From the NCBI RefSeq assembly GCF_009914755.1, contig NC_060942.1: a stretch of DNA of 64,000 bases. One strand, given 5' to 3'. A model generated the notes under the pieces. That model ran no database searches. It was not told where the DNA came from and saw only the letters and a program-made list of their open reading frames with translations. This document shows positions 1-13,491 of the stretch, one piece after another. This DNA comes from the human T2T-CHM13v2.0 reference genome, Homo sapiens. Position 1 is the first letter of the stretch. Every line of letters begins with the position of its first letter. The position numbers and the translations under genes are program-made.

Positions 1-174
1 ATAGCCATCTAAGAAACCACTGGCTTTATCGGCTATTTTAAACATTTGGACTCGATTTGGAGCCTGCCTGTTAATTGTCCATGTTTAAATTCAGAAGGTT
101 GACTTTGAATCAATGCTTGCACACAGTATAGGATACAGGGTGGTGGGGAGGGGTGCGGCGGGCATTGGATGTAG

Positions 175-290
175 GGTAGAGGCCTGGGTCTTTGTTCTTT
201 CATTAATCTCTTTTTCCCTGTTCTTTCTCAAGCCTCAGTTTCCTTCTCTGTAAACAAAGGGCTTATATTATTAGAGAATTCCTAACGCGT
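175..290 (+). mobile_element. MIR SINE fragment
   Basis: AGCCTCAGTTTCCTTCTCTGTAAA core. Confidence 0.55.
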
Positions 291-3200
291 GCTATTCTAC
301 AACCATGTGATCCATTGCACCCATCTTTAGCACCCCTGAGTTGGAGGAAGTCGCCGTCATGAAGCAACAGCTGTCCTTTTTTTTTTTCTTTCTTAGAAAA
401 GCTGGTTGTACTTAGAGAATTTGCTTTTGGTAAAATTTGAGTTTATTTCTACTTATGAAATTGGAAATAAGCTGAAATCAACAACTTCTGGGCCCTCCTG
501 CCATTTTCATGTCAAGGCACATGGAGACATGTCAGTGCACGTGGGACGTGGAAGCTGCACAAGGGGTGTTCTTGGGTGTGGACGTGCATGGTGGGCGCAC
601 AGGCCTCTAGGAAATGCTTCCTCGGTTCTGGGCACCTTCAATCATGGATGATGGGGCTGGAAACTTGCCTATAGCTTTTTAAAGAAAAATTAAATATTTT
701 GAATTGAATTCAGCAATTTCTTGAACACCTACTGTTTGTGAGTGAGGCCTGGCGGTAGGTGAGCATGGCGTGGAGCTCGCGGGAGAGTTGGAGATGTGAT
801 CGCTTCTGTCCGTGTGTCAGCGTGATGGCCTGTCCACGCCGCTTTCTTCTGACTGTGAGCTGGCCCATCTCTGTACGCTTGCCCCACAACCTCAGCATGC
901 CCTTTGGAACATCAGAAGTCCCCCACAGCCTCAGCAGGTCTTCTGAGAACTAGGAATTAGAGCCCCACTGTCGTGGAAATCAACTCGTCATCAAGTAGGG
1001 CCGACAATGAGACAGCTGACCATCCTCCACATTCCGAGCCTGAAGGGGAAAGGTTTTCCCAAGGAGAGGTGCTGGTGGGCTCGCACGCCATCCTGAGCAC
1101 AGCAGACAGCAGTTAATGCAAGACTATATCTCGGTGGCGGGTTTTACTTAATGTTCTTTATTATGAAGAATAGCGATACCTCAAAGCCATACATTTTTTG
1201 AGAGTAGCTTCTCCATGTTGATTTTTCTTTGGATGGGTTGCTTAGAACGGAGCCAAAAGAGAGCCACTTGGTGGAGAGGCAGGTTTGCACTTTGCCCTGT
1301 TTTTGTGTATGTGGATGTCAAATGTCAATTTGTTTGGTAAAATGTGAAGCTGAATTTATAAATCTGTGCTAAGCAATTAGTTTGGAAATTAGTGCTATCT
1401 CTAGGAAAATCCCCTTAGCAGGCATCAGATTCAAACGATGCAACTCAGTAGGTGTGGGGGCAAAACTGCAACATATTTTCAAGGCAAAATCTTACAAATA
1501 TAAACATTATATCAAATATAAACATATGTTTGCAGTGTACAAATGTCTTGCATATTCAAAGCAAATAAGTCCTGATGGGGGAGGAAAAAGTATTTGGATG
1601 TAGCCGTTATGTTTAATTTTCCTCACACAGTCAGTAGATAGTCTGTGTCTGCAAAGGATTGGTCCTTTCTTGCTCCCCACTCACCCAACTCTGTGGTTCT
1701 AGAACCTTCTATTAATTCCCATTGGTGAGCCCATGAAATCTTTGATTCCTTCTTGATTGCTCTCTGAAGACGCCTATCAGGCACTGTCTTATCTGTTTGT
1801 AAAGCAGCTCAGGCCCCAGATTTAAGTCATGGGTCTGGCTACAAGTTAGAGTGTGATTAATAATTGACTAATGTAGCTTTTATTTATCACAGGCTAGCAC
1901 ATTTCGCCATTACTGAGTTAATTTATGTTAAGTGTAAGCTGTCGTTCAATCTGTTTTTCAACTTTTTTTTTTTTTTTTTAAATCCTAAGTCTATCTTTCA
2001 CTTTTGGAGAAACAAAATCCTCATACAGGGCACAGACACACTCGATGCCAAAAAGTTGATTTCCTTTTCCCTGGAGCCATGCATCACCAGCCCTCCCAGC
2101 CGCAGTGTCAGCCCCTGACAGAATGACATGTGTCATTTATCAAAGGGGCCAGGCCGGGCCTTGGGAAACGCCGCCGACAAAGCCTGAGAGAGTTCATTTT
2201 GCAGTCCCTCCTACCCTCTGTGAGCCCCTTGCCAGGAAAGCCTGTGATGTTTCTGTCTTCAGAGCATTACTGTAAGTCCTTCAACCTTCACAGAATTAAC
2301 CCTCCCCACCTCAGCCCGCTGCAACAGCTCCGAGGTCCTGCCTGGGAAGGTTCTGAGACCCAAAGGAGTGATTGTTCCAAGCCCAGGAACACACAAGCCC
2401 CCGGCTCTGTAGGGACACCCCATGGAGTCCCGGCTTTCCGTGCAGAAAGCATGACCCAGGTGCCCCTGCATCTCCCCACTTTCTAGCAGGCTTTAAGGAT
2501 TCAAGCCCTGAGTAATACTCAGTGAGACAAGGTCAGAGGCATAAAGAACCAGCAGCAAAGCATTTCCCTGGTATCCAAATTCATAGGTCCCCCACTCCTG
2601 CGGCAGAAGTTTGGTCTTCTATTTTTTTTTTTTTTAGAGTCTGCCTAATAAGTGTTTTACTCCAGGCTATTTTTGAAACCACCTACTAAACCCGATAGAT
2701 GTTTCTTCTTTTTCTCTGTTGCCTAGAATTTGTAACCCCATTCCCGCCTGCATAAAGACAGTGATGAGGTTCGAGTCTAAAAGTTGCTAAAAAAGGATAT
2801 TTTGGAGGAGGAAGAGAAAGGGCCATTTTTGCCCCCAGATTGTTTACTTTTTATATAAGTTCCCAAACCACTAGAAAACCACCAGAAAGTGCAAAGGAAA
2901 AAAAAAGTCAGCCAGAGGAGAGCATGCTGTGAAAATATAAAAGCATTTGGCTAAAATAAATGTTTTTTTCTCTTGAAGAGTAGAGTTTTGCATTGTAATC
3001 ATGTGTGAGAATGTGAGAAAAGTTATTGTTTCTCTCATCCCCACCCCTTTGTACTTCGTACAGTCCCTACCACACTGAAGTTATTTACAGCATCAGATAC
3101 CATTTAAAGAGATAGTGAAGGAGACTGTTGCCTTCGCCAGGAACTTTCCAGAAAGAAGTCCTATAAATTAGCCATTGCTCAGGAGTGGCTGTTTCCTAGG

Positions 3201-4844
3201 CGGAGCTAGCCCTTTCATTTTTCTGCATAAGGCTAATTTATTTTTGCAGCCAGATGTGGGCTGACAGCCATCACTCAGGGCTTCCTTCCCCCGCCGTTAG
3301 GAGGTCTGGAAGACAGTCACGTTCCCCATTTTGCAGAATCCCCATCAACATTATTGAAGATGGATGTATCTTTAAAGCAAAGATTGATTGTGGATATCGG
3401 AGTTATGGTGTCATTTATCATGGTGAATATTATTTAGACTTGGGTTGTACAAGGCTGTAACTTGAGACACAGCCAGGGGAGGGACAACCTGAAAACGCGG
3501 ATCCATGAATTTTAATGGATGGATGCTTTTTTCAAAGCTCAACTCACTATAGCGTGATTTACTTTTCTTACTGCAAGGAAACAAGCATTTCAGTCTTAAA
3601 GAGACAGCATGCCAGTGGTCCTGTTCTGTGGGTTCCACCCGGGAAGGCATTACCAAGGGCAGTCAGAGCCCAGGCAAAAATGCTGAGAAGGCGTGAATGG
3701 TGCAACAGACTCTGGCCATAGACATGTACATTAAAGATGGCTTTCCAGATGGATCTCCTCCTCGCCATCCTTATAGGACCCTGATAGGGTTAGAAATGGA
3801 GATGTACCCCAGAGCTCACCATTATCAGGGCAGCAGTTAAGATGCTATTTATTTGAAGCCAGCTAACCTCTCCTAAGTGCTACAGATAGCGGCCATTTAT
3901 ATTTAGGAAGACAAATGAAGCCCAGGCTCTCCCGTGTCAGGAGCATGATGCTGTGGGGAGAACGCACAGTTATCCTTGTGTGCCTAAAGGTAGTAGCATA
4001 TGCAATACAAGCAGTCTTGTTGACCTAATTAATATCAGTCTTTTTCATTTTGCTTCAGGATGGCAGCGCTATTGACATTTGCTCAGTAGGGAGTTGGTTC
4101 TAAGGGAGCTGGGTATACAGGATGGTGTATCCAAAGTTGAACCTCTCAACGGTTGGTCCTCACATCTCTAGTCCTTGAAAATGGTGGAGATGGTCTAGTG
4201 CATTTGTCCTTTCTTCCAGGAGCACGGATCCCAGCATCTAGGCATTCACTCAGACACCAGGGAACAAGGGGCATCCCACTTTATTTCTAACGAGATGCTT
4301 CATGTACCAGAAACCTGGGGCTGCTGGTAGCTATTAGTGGCTTAGGTCATGGCCCTTTGGCCCCTAAGGCGTTTTATTTGTTGCTAATGTTGTTTTATTT
4401 CATCTTTCCATTTCAGGGGTTTTGTTGCATATGGTGGATAGAGGAGCTCTCAAAGTGAGTGAGGGGTTGGCCACAGTCAGCCCTGGGCGGGGCAGGTGTT
4501 GGGCGTGCTGCCCTGGCCTGCGTGCAGCCATGTGACATGCCATCCCAGGGCAATCTGGGGGTGGGTGCCACCCGACCTGCCGGCCCTCCTCAAAGCCCAC
4601 CTCAGCTTTGATGCTCAGAGAGTGTGGCTTGCACTGCAGAGCCTAAAAGCCCTCTTTGGCTTTTTAAATAGGGAAGGTTTCTTGGAATTGTACAGTCTGT
4701 TAAACGAAAGTAACTTTCTTTCCAGGATTGATGCGTCTCATCTCTGGGAGCTTCCGGTCCGATGGTGTGAACTGCTTTCTAGTATAATGGCCCACACTGT
4801 ATGCACCATGCAGGGGGACCCATCGGAGCACCTGTCTCTGTCTA

Positions 4845-4988
4845 TGTGATTGCTCACTGACTTGTTCACGTCCTTGTAGGCACTCTGCTCCATAAGGGCA
4901 GGGCCATCTTGTTCTCCTTCCACTGTCAAGAGTCCAGCACGGTTCCTGGCTCATAGTCAGAGCTCCCGGTGCTTGTTGAGGGACTGAA
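4845..4988 (+). mobile_element. L2 LINE 3' end fragment
   Basis: GCTCCATAAGGGCAGGGCCAT...CCAGCACGGTTCCTGGCTCATAGT...GCTTGTTGA. Confidence 0.6.
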
Positions 4989-6869
4989 GCCCCTCCTTGG
5001 GGAAGCCCTGGCTCTTGCGAGGACAGGTGAGTGTGACAGTCTGTGACATGCGGTCTATGACGTGCCGACCCTGGGTGCTGGCGATAGTAGGTGAAAGAAG
5101 AAAGCAGGAAGCTGTTTTTGGTTTCAAAGTGCTAACCCAAGTCAGGCAGTGGACTGGTTTTTTTGGAAGCTACCTTCCATGTAACATCAATCTAACCTAA
5201 AAGAAACAAACAAAACCCAGTGTAACAAGAAAAGGGGGCAAAGAAAGATGGTGAAAGGAATTGCCCATGCCTCCTTTTGAATGTTAAGTAAAAACAGGAA
5301 AATACCATCTGGAAAAGTAATCTGTTCATCATTATACATCTACTTGTGGAAATGCTCATAATGGTGGTGATACTGGGTATTTTAGAGGACAAATACCAAG
5401 ACATCCTCTCAATCCTATTATGGTTTATAGGTCTGTGTTTATTTGCAAGTTAAAAGCACATTCTTGGCCTTTTAGGAACATATGACATGTCTACAAACAG
5501 GAAGTAGTTTATCAAATTCATATGAATCATGGCATCTATAGTGTTGGCCGAGGTCAAATCATTACACTAAATGTATTGTAACCATTATTAATGCACAGGG
5601 TCTCCTGCCATCTTTGTGATGTAGGACTGCCGTTTCCTGATTAAAAGCTGTTTGGTGATGAGAAATTCAGCAGCTCCTGTCCGTCCTGGAGTGACTGACA
5701 GGCACCCAGAGCTGCCGTCCCTGCTGGAGCAGCGTGTTCCTAGGAGCGCACCTTACGGAGGGTCCTGAGTGCCAGGAAATACAGGAAACAGGAAACAAAA
5801 ACAGAAGTGACTCAACTTTCGCAGCCACAACTGTGCATCCATAAGGAGGCCAAATTTATCACGGCACATTATGGAGCTCAGCAAATGTCATGAAAACCAT
5901 TGTTTTTTAATTTTTTTCTTGGAGAGTTTGAATGAGGTGATTTATGGTAGTTATTCATCTTAAGGGTCATCCATCAATTTTTAGTTGCTAGGCAATCAAC
6001 CCAGCAGCTGTTTGCTTTGAATCAAGCTGAAAAGTTGTCAGTCACCACACGCAGGTATGACCTTAGTGGTTGCAAACATCATGCGTGCGAAATTAAAGAG
6101 ACGTCGTCTTCTTCCCCGATTCCCCTGACTTCCCCGTGATTTGTGGAAGTGGTGCGAACCCTTCCTGGCTATTACAAGACAAATAAGAACAAAGGAGGGT
6201 GTGGAAAATTACTTGACTGGAAACTCACAGATACTCTTCCAACGCTGTATTTTACCCAAGTTCCCTATGCGAGCTGCATGGGATGGATTATAGAAGTAAG
6301 TGCCATCAGTGGATGGGAGGTGAACCACTTGATTTATAATATTTAAATAAGCCAGTTAAAAAAAACCTGTCAGTTCCCTTGTGGGGAAAAACCAAATATC
6401 AGCATTTCTCAATGTGCATCCCAGGCTGGAGGCCAGCCTGATGGTGTTTTTGGGTTGGCTGTGGGTGGCATGTGAGGAGATGCAGTTTCTCTCCAGTGGT
6501 GGAGGGTGGGAACTGTGCGTGGGCCTGACAGGCTCTGGGCACACGAGGCGCTGTAGGTGCCTGGCCCCAAGCCTGGCACAGAGTGGGTGCCCAGGTGGTG
6601 CCCACTTGCTCCCTCTGCTGAGATCTCAGGCTGCTGTGCTGGCAGGGGCAGCTCAGGCGGGTGTGGCCCTGGAGCCAGGCTGCCTTTGCCCATTACCACA
6701 ACACTGTGATCCTGCCTGGGGCATGGTCCTTCGGAGGTCATTTCCACAGTTGCTTGGTGTGAGTCCTTCTCTGGCCTGGGGCTTCTCCCCAGATCTTTGT
6801 ATTTTTGTCCACTACACCAGAACACTGTGAGTCTCATTAGCATTGTTGACCCCAAGAAGACATTTCTAG

Positions 6870-7294
<425 letters not shown>

Positions 7295-7301
7295 TGATGC
7301 C

Positions 7302-7603
7302 TTATTTATTTATTTTTGAGACAGAATCTCGCTTTGTCACCCAGGCTGGGGTTCAGTGGTGTGAACTCAGCTCACTGCAACCTCTGCCTCCTGGGTAGCT
7401 AGGATTACAAGCGATTTTCATGCCTCAGCCTCCCGAGTAGCTAGGATTACAGGCCACAATGTCTGGCTAAGTTTTGTATTTTTAGTAGTGACAGGGTTTC
7501 TCCATGTTTGTCAGGCTGGTCTCGAACTCCTGACCTTGGGCGATCCACCTGCCTCAGCCTCCCAAAGTGCTGGGATTACAGGCGTGAGCCACTGCGCCCG
7601 GAC
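7302..7603 (-). mobile_element. Alu SINE (AluS family) with an internal rearrangement
   Basis: Antisense Alu ending CCCAAAGTGCTGGGATTACAGGCGTGAGCCACTGCGCCCGG. Confidence 0.93.
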
Positions 7604-8090
7604 TTTTTTTTAGTAATTGAGGCTAGATTTCCCTCATTTTGAATCTTTCAAGCAGGAATTTTACTTTGCCTCTCAGTTGAGTTTTAATGCGTCTACACAG
7701 ATAATTTACACCAATAAAGCCAAATTTTAGGGGACTATGTGTTGTATACTAGTATCTTTTTACATTTGATAGTTTCAATGGACTTGATTTTGCTGATGGC
7801 CTTTTAGACCATGTAGCTGTAAGATGTTTTGCATGTATTTTGGAAAGTCTAAAATAAGTTTAATTTGGAGTTAGGTTTGTCTTTCTCAACTTTGCATTGA
7901 GAGAGATATATATATCTTATTTATTTAGTAGGTATTTCTGAGGGTCTGAAACACGTCCTTTTGACAGATAGTTCTGCACATTGGAAAAGAGAGTTTTCTG
8001 ATCTAGGCTTTTCAGGCGCCAGTTCTATTTCTGGACTCCAGGTAAACCCTGAAGGAAGTGGAGTGTGCCCCCAGTTCATTCACATTTTAA

Positions 8091-8330
8091 AGATGGTCCC
8101 ACATCTTTTACTTGAAATCCTTGGGGCCAGATATGTTTTGGAATTCAGAGCTTTTCAGATTTTTGAAAAGAAATTTAGTGCATATACTGTATATTTTGCA
8201 ACATCCTCAGCTTAAACATGAGATTTTCTACAGATAAATGGATTAATAGTCACAATACTTGGGTGAGGAAAGACTGGCAGTAACCTCATGTCTGTTCTGG
8301 TCAGGTTAAGTTTGCCACGCACAGTTAGGA
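8091..8330. mobile_element. DNA-transposon relic, MER96B-like (hAT)
   Basis: AGATGGTCC...GAAATCCTTGGGGCCAGATATGTTTTGGAATTCAGA...GTGCATATACTGTATATT resembles the recalled MER96B consensus. Confidence 0.6.
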
Positions 8331-11300
8331 AGACTCTTCCAATTCTCAGGGCTGCCTGTGGTGAAGGGACTGGGGGTCTGTATTGGTGCACAGCCCATTT
8401 CACAGGATGCCTGTCCCTATTTCTGTAGGGCTGGTAGCCTGCCTGTGTCCAGCAGCCTGGGAGCAGTTATGAGCTGGGCCACAGCCTCAGCAGCTCTGGA
8501 ACTCCCGGCTGCTGTCATAGTTTTCTGTGTCGTAGGAGTTCTCTTTGGAGTTTTCTCCCATGTTCACATATAAAAGTGATATCAGTTATATCTGCAGTCT
8601 GCTCCGTTATCTCTTTAAATCATTGAACTGTGGAAACATATTTTACATCCCAGTATATTCTCATGAGTCTTATAAAGTACAAACTTTTCTCACTTTTGGG
8701 GGAATTTGGAATTAGTATTATGGCACACTTTACTTAGGAAAAACCTGAAAACTTCCCCTAACAACGTTCCAGGATGTTTCTGCTGATTTTCATGGTGAAT
8801 GTATAAATATAGTGACAATACTAAAAAGAGCACCCTGCCAATCATGTCAGCTCTTTAAGAAATATAAGAAGATGGATGCCGATGTTATGTGTGTTGGGTG
8901 TGGATCACCAGTTGTTAACGTCTGAGAAGCACAGATGTGTTGGGATGGTTTCTTGTTTTATTTTATTTTTTGGAGTAGGGGGACATAGTATGAGTCAGCC
9001 TGGTGGATTAATGTTGGAAATCTGCAAGTGCTCATAGCTTCTGCGTTTACAGAACCCTGAAAGAGAAACTACCTGTTTGCTGGTCTGATAATCCCTTTCC
9101 TAGTGGCCTTCCTTTTTGAGGAGTGACGTGGGGCTTCCTCACACTTTTCACTTGGAAGGACTATTGCATACTCTGAATTGTCGAAGTCTACCTTGCAGCA
9201 CCTTTTTTCTAGCGAGCATCCGCACGCCCGGCTTGCACACTGTGGAGGATGCGGTTCACTGGGTGGGAAGACTGTCTTTATGCAGTGGTTTGGGAGGATT
9301 AATTAATTGATTTTTAGATGCTTTTACAAACCCTTTTGGTGACTCGTATTTGCACACATACTGATGTCCCTTTTTGCCGTCTTCAGAGCTCTTTGAAATG
9401 GAGGGCCACACTGGAGGCTTTGTTCTTTATATTCCATTTACCATCATTTAGAAGATACTAATTTTAGATGGGCTCCCCTCTACACACAGAGAGAGAAGCT
9501 GAAATCTATTCTGCAAGTGTGGGGGAATCTTGCACGGCAACAGCCACACGGCCAGTGAATACATGATGACTGGAGCCGGAGCCTGTGGGCCAGAGAGAAA
9601 CGGGGCAGCCTGGGAGCCCTTTATTCAGAACTGGGATTGTGGGTTCCCTGCGCACCTACTCCCTGCGGCCGCCCTGGGCCCTCTCCTTAACTCCTTCTTT
9701 TCCTTTCCCTGCTGTCTTTCTTTCCATCCACTTCCTTATCTCTTGCTGCCATCTTCTCTGGCAATTTTCAGCGATACTTTAGCTTTAGAAGTGTTCCTCG
9801 TAAAGTTTTTGCACAGTTTTAAAAGTTATAATATTTTGCAGCATTTTGTGCTCTTCAGAGGACAATTGCTCCAAAATCTAATAAGTCATAATAAACATAG
9901 TTCTGGAGGATGGGATAGTGGCGATGCTCTGGGAATAATAACTGCTTTGCTAGGGCTTCTGCATGGTTATTTGAAAGGGTTTTTTTTTCCCCCCATTAAA
10001 TTTTGCATCTTTTGTATATGAGATGGTCTTCATTATTGTGTTTTTATGGTATTTGGTTGGATACCAACTCAAATTAAAAAAAATGCTGTGAGGTTGTGGA
10101 TATTTCTATTAACTTTCCTGTTAAATATGACACGTTCACCCATACATATTTCTATAAACTTAGTTCAAGGGTATCAGTAAAAATATTTTTCCTCCTCCCA
10201 TTTGCTGTTCATAAAACACTCGAGGGAGGAATTGTTTCTGTGATATTTTAGATGGGTTTTACAATAAATTGTAGATATTGTGGTGCACCACAGTGCCTTT
10301 TATTTCATTTTCTCAGTAGACCCAGCGCATCGAAAGATTTTGTGTATTGAAAAACTGCTTTTGATGAGTAATAATCATTAGTTTTTCTTTTTTTCTTCCA
10401 GTAGTAAAGGTGTAGACCCCAGCCCCCAGGGTTCCTGGTGCTTGTGAGCCGTCAGCGTGTCACACCCGTGTTGTGAGAGGTTTCCATGCATTACCTCCTG
10501 CGCGTGAATGTGAGGGTTTAATCAGCACAGCCTTCCTGAGCATAAATCACGCTGCCTTAAATCCTTCTCGGAGGAACCAAGGCGGGGATGTAAATAAGAA
10601 ATAAATATTGACATTAAACGTTTAATCCCCTTGGTTTCCTGACATGTGGCGTTGGGTCCCTTATGCTCATTCTTGCCTTTCTGGAACCTTCCAGGGGGAC
10701 TGCCGGTCGTACGTTGATGCCATTGGGTAAAGAACCCCACAGTGGCTTTGACCTCAACATCAAAACTTCCCAGCTCTATACCTGCAGAGAGGGTGTGTCT
10801 TTTCTTTTGCTGTTAGATTTCTCAACTATAAATTGGGATGATAATACCTGGGACCGATTCCTACCTTGTGGAGTTCATGTGCTCATTTCTCCAACTGCTG
10901 GCCCATTCATTTGTTTATCTATCCAATACATACTCATTTTGAGTACTTGCTTATTTCTTGACAGTTCAAGGACAAAGTAAAAGCAGCTAAGAAGGTCCTT
11001 AAGGTAATGGAGCTCACGGTGTAGCAGGAGTATTTTGAAGACTGAAGTGGTTATCAATATTAACTTCATATGAAATATTTTATTATGCATCCTGTGGATG
11101 TAAAAATTTCATTGAGCAATGAAATAAATGTTATCAGGATTGAATATGGGAAACAAAAATTCCATTTTCCAATTCATCTCAGCCGTCTCCTCCTCCATGC
11201 CTCCCCGTGGTTTGGCAGCGACCTGCCTCTTGCCTCTGCCTCCTCCAGCGTCTGTCTGGCTCCTTCCTGCTCTCCAGCCAGCTCTTCCATTCTGAGATGG

Positions 11301-11393
11301 GGAGGCCACTCCTGTGCTGCGGCGTTGACACTGTCTTCACTGTCTTCAGGTTCTGCGTTTCAGACCTTGCCTCCACACCCACATTGAACAAGC

Positions 11394-11516
11394 AAGCTTG
11401 CATGATAGGAAGCGTGCGTGATAGGAAGCTTGCGTGATAGGAAGCATGCGTGACAGGAAGCTTGCGTGATAGGAAGCGTGCATGATAGGAAGTGTGCGTG
11501 ATAGGAAGTGTGCGTG
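11394..11516. repeat. 16-bp minisatellite, about 7.7 copies, consensus AAGYKTGCGTGATAGG
   Basis: Units read directly at 11394, 11410, 11426, 11442, 11458, 11474, 11490 and 11506 (partial). Confidence 0.95.
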
Positions 11517-11989
11517 TGTAACATTTGTGGGGTGCTGGCCACCACCCTGCAGCCCTGCAGGTGCCTAAGGGTGCTGGGGCCTCCCAAATCTTTCCCCACC
11601 TGACCAGGGGTGTGTGTCTCAGCTGTTCTTCCCCCTGACCTTCCCACGAGCCATCACAGGAGGGAGATGGCGTTCTTTGGGCAGACCCAATTCTAACAGG
11701 TTCCCCTTTCTTTAAATCACACCACATTGTAGCTGCGTCTTCCCCGTGCCTCTCACTGGGAGGGAAGGGGCTGGACAAGAAGATGGACAGCTGTCAGGTG
11801 CACCTTTTCTATCCATATCCCAAAGTCACATTGGCACCTTTTAGATTATAAAACACGTTTAAGGGATGGCGTTCATTATTCTTTATAAATACTAATTGTA
11901 GCATTCTTCTGTTTTCAGTGTACCCTTGCAAAGTGCCGATATCTGATAATAATAACAATAGCTATAACAATAATAACAGCAGAAGGTTT

Positions 11990-12122
11990 GGAGTTTAAAC
12001 TCCATGGGGACAGGGGTTTTGTCCGTTTTGTTCATTGCCTGTACAGGTAGTGTCTGGAACACTAGCAGTACTGCCTGGCAAATGATAGGCGCTCACTAAG
12101 TATTTTAGAGTTGCTGAATTGA
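11990..12122 (+). mobile_element. L2 LINE 3' end fragment
   Basis: CTCCATGGGGACAGGG...TTTTGTTCATTG...TGCCTGGCAAATGATAGGCGCTCACTAAGTATT. Confidence 0.7.
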
Positions 12123-12630
12123 CTATATTCCTGACACACTCCACTTGCATTATATAATTTCAGTTTTATAGTTATCTTATTATTCTCTTCATTTATAGAG
12201 TGAGGCTTACGGAATTTAAGGTCCTATAGATAGTGCACACAGGTTGATGTCATAAGGTTACAGGGTAAGACAGATAGGGTCATGTAAGTTAAGCCCAGGA
12301 AGGTCTGACTCCTTGACCTCTCAAACCATCCGTAAGTTGTTAAAGCTTTAGTTTTTGTCATCTGTTTCCCTAGACTTTTTCTCGGATTGTTGTGGCGGGG
12401 AATAGCAGTGGGCTGGGATTCAGGGTAGCAGCGTGAGCCCTGGCCTTTCCACTAGGCGGCTTCTGGGTGGCCGTTAGTGCCTCAGTTTCTTCAGACGTGT
12501 CAACAGTGAGTTCAGCCAAAGGATCCTGAGATCTGTTCTTGACTGAGAGTTGCGTGTCAGGGCGGTTCCTGCACCTTGGTGTGAATCTTTCTGTTGCTGT
12601 CATGTTCCATGTATGAAATAAGAACAGTCA

Positions 12631-12919
12631 GGCCAGGTGCGGTAGCTCATGCCTATAATCCTAGCATTTTGGGAGGCAGAGGTGGGTGGGTCACTTGAGG
12701 TCAGGAGTTCGCAACCAGCCTGGGCAACATGGCGAAACCCCATATCTACAAAAAATGCAAAAATTAGCCGGATGTGGTGGTGCATGCCTGTAGTCCCAGC
12801 TACTCAGGAGGCTGAGGTGGGAGGATCACTTGAGCCCATAAAGTTGAGGCTGCAGTGAGCCATGATTGTGCCACTGCACTCTAGCCTGGGCAACCGAGAA
12901 AGGCCTTGTCTTCAAAATA
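12631..12919 (+). mobile_element. Alu SINE (AluJ-like), full length, with target-site duplication
   Basis: Starts GGCCAGGTGCGGTAGCTCATGCC; right arm GGATCACTTGAGCCC...GAGGCTGCAGTGAGCCATGAT is J-type. Perfect TSD AAATAAGAACAGTCA at 12616-12630 and 12920-12934. Confidence 0.95.
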
Positions 12920-13167
12920 AAATAAGAACAGTCATATATCTTACATGCATGCATATATATGTGTGTATACATATATACACACAGGCAAACATATATGTAC
13001 ACACCTTTTTTCTGTTTGTTTCTGTTTTTCTCTTGCCAGTGACTGCAAGTATTTGTAGGAGAGGCTGAGTGTCCTTGCTCACATCAAGCTCAAGGGTGAG
13101 AGATGTTTTTGGAAACAGTCCTCATTCTGAATAACTCACCATGCGTCTCATTTATGAATTAGACTGA

Positions 13168-13491
<324 letters not shown>

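Noticed and set aside
3330-3480. Possible snoRNA or structured ncRNA (GGCTGT...ACAGCC stem)
   Set aside because: Only a 6-bp stem, with no properly placed C/D or H/ACA boxes recognised.
11179-11778. 199-aa minus-strand ORF, the longest intronic ORF
   Set aside because: It stays open by reading through the 16-bp minisatellite, and the product is repetitive with no protein-family features.
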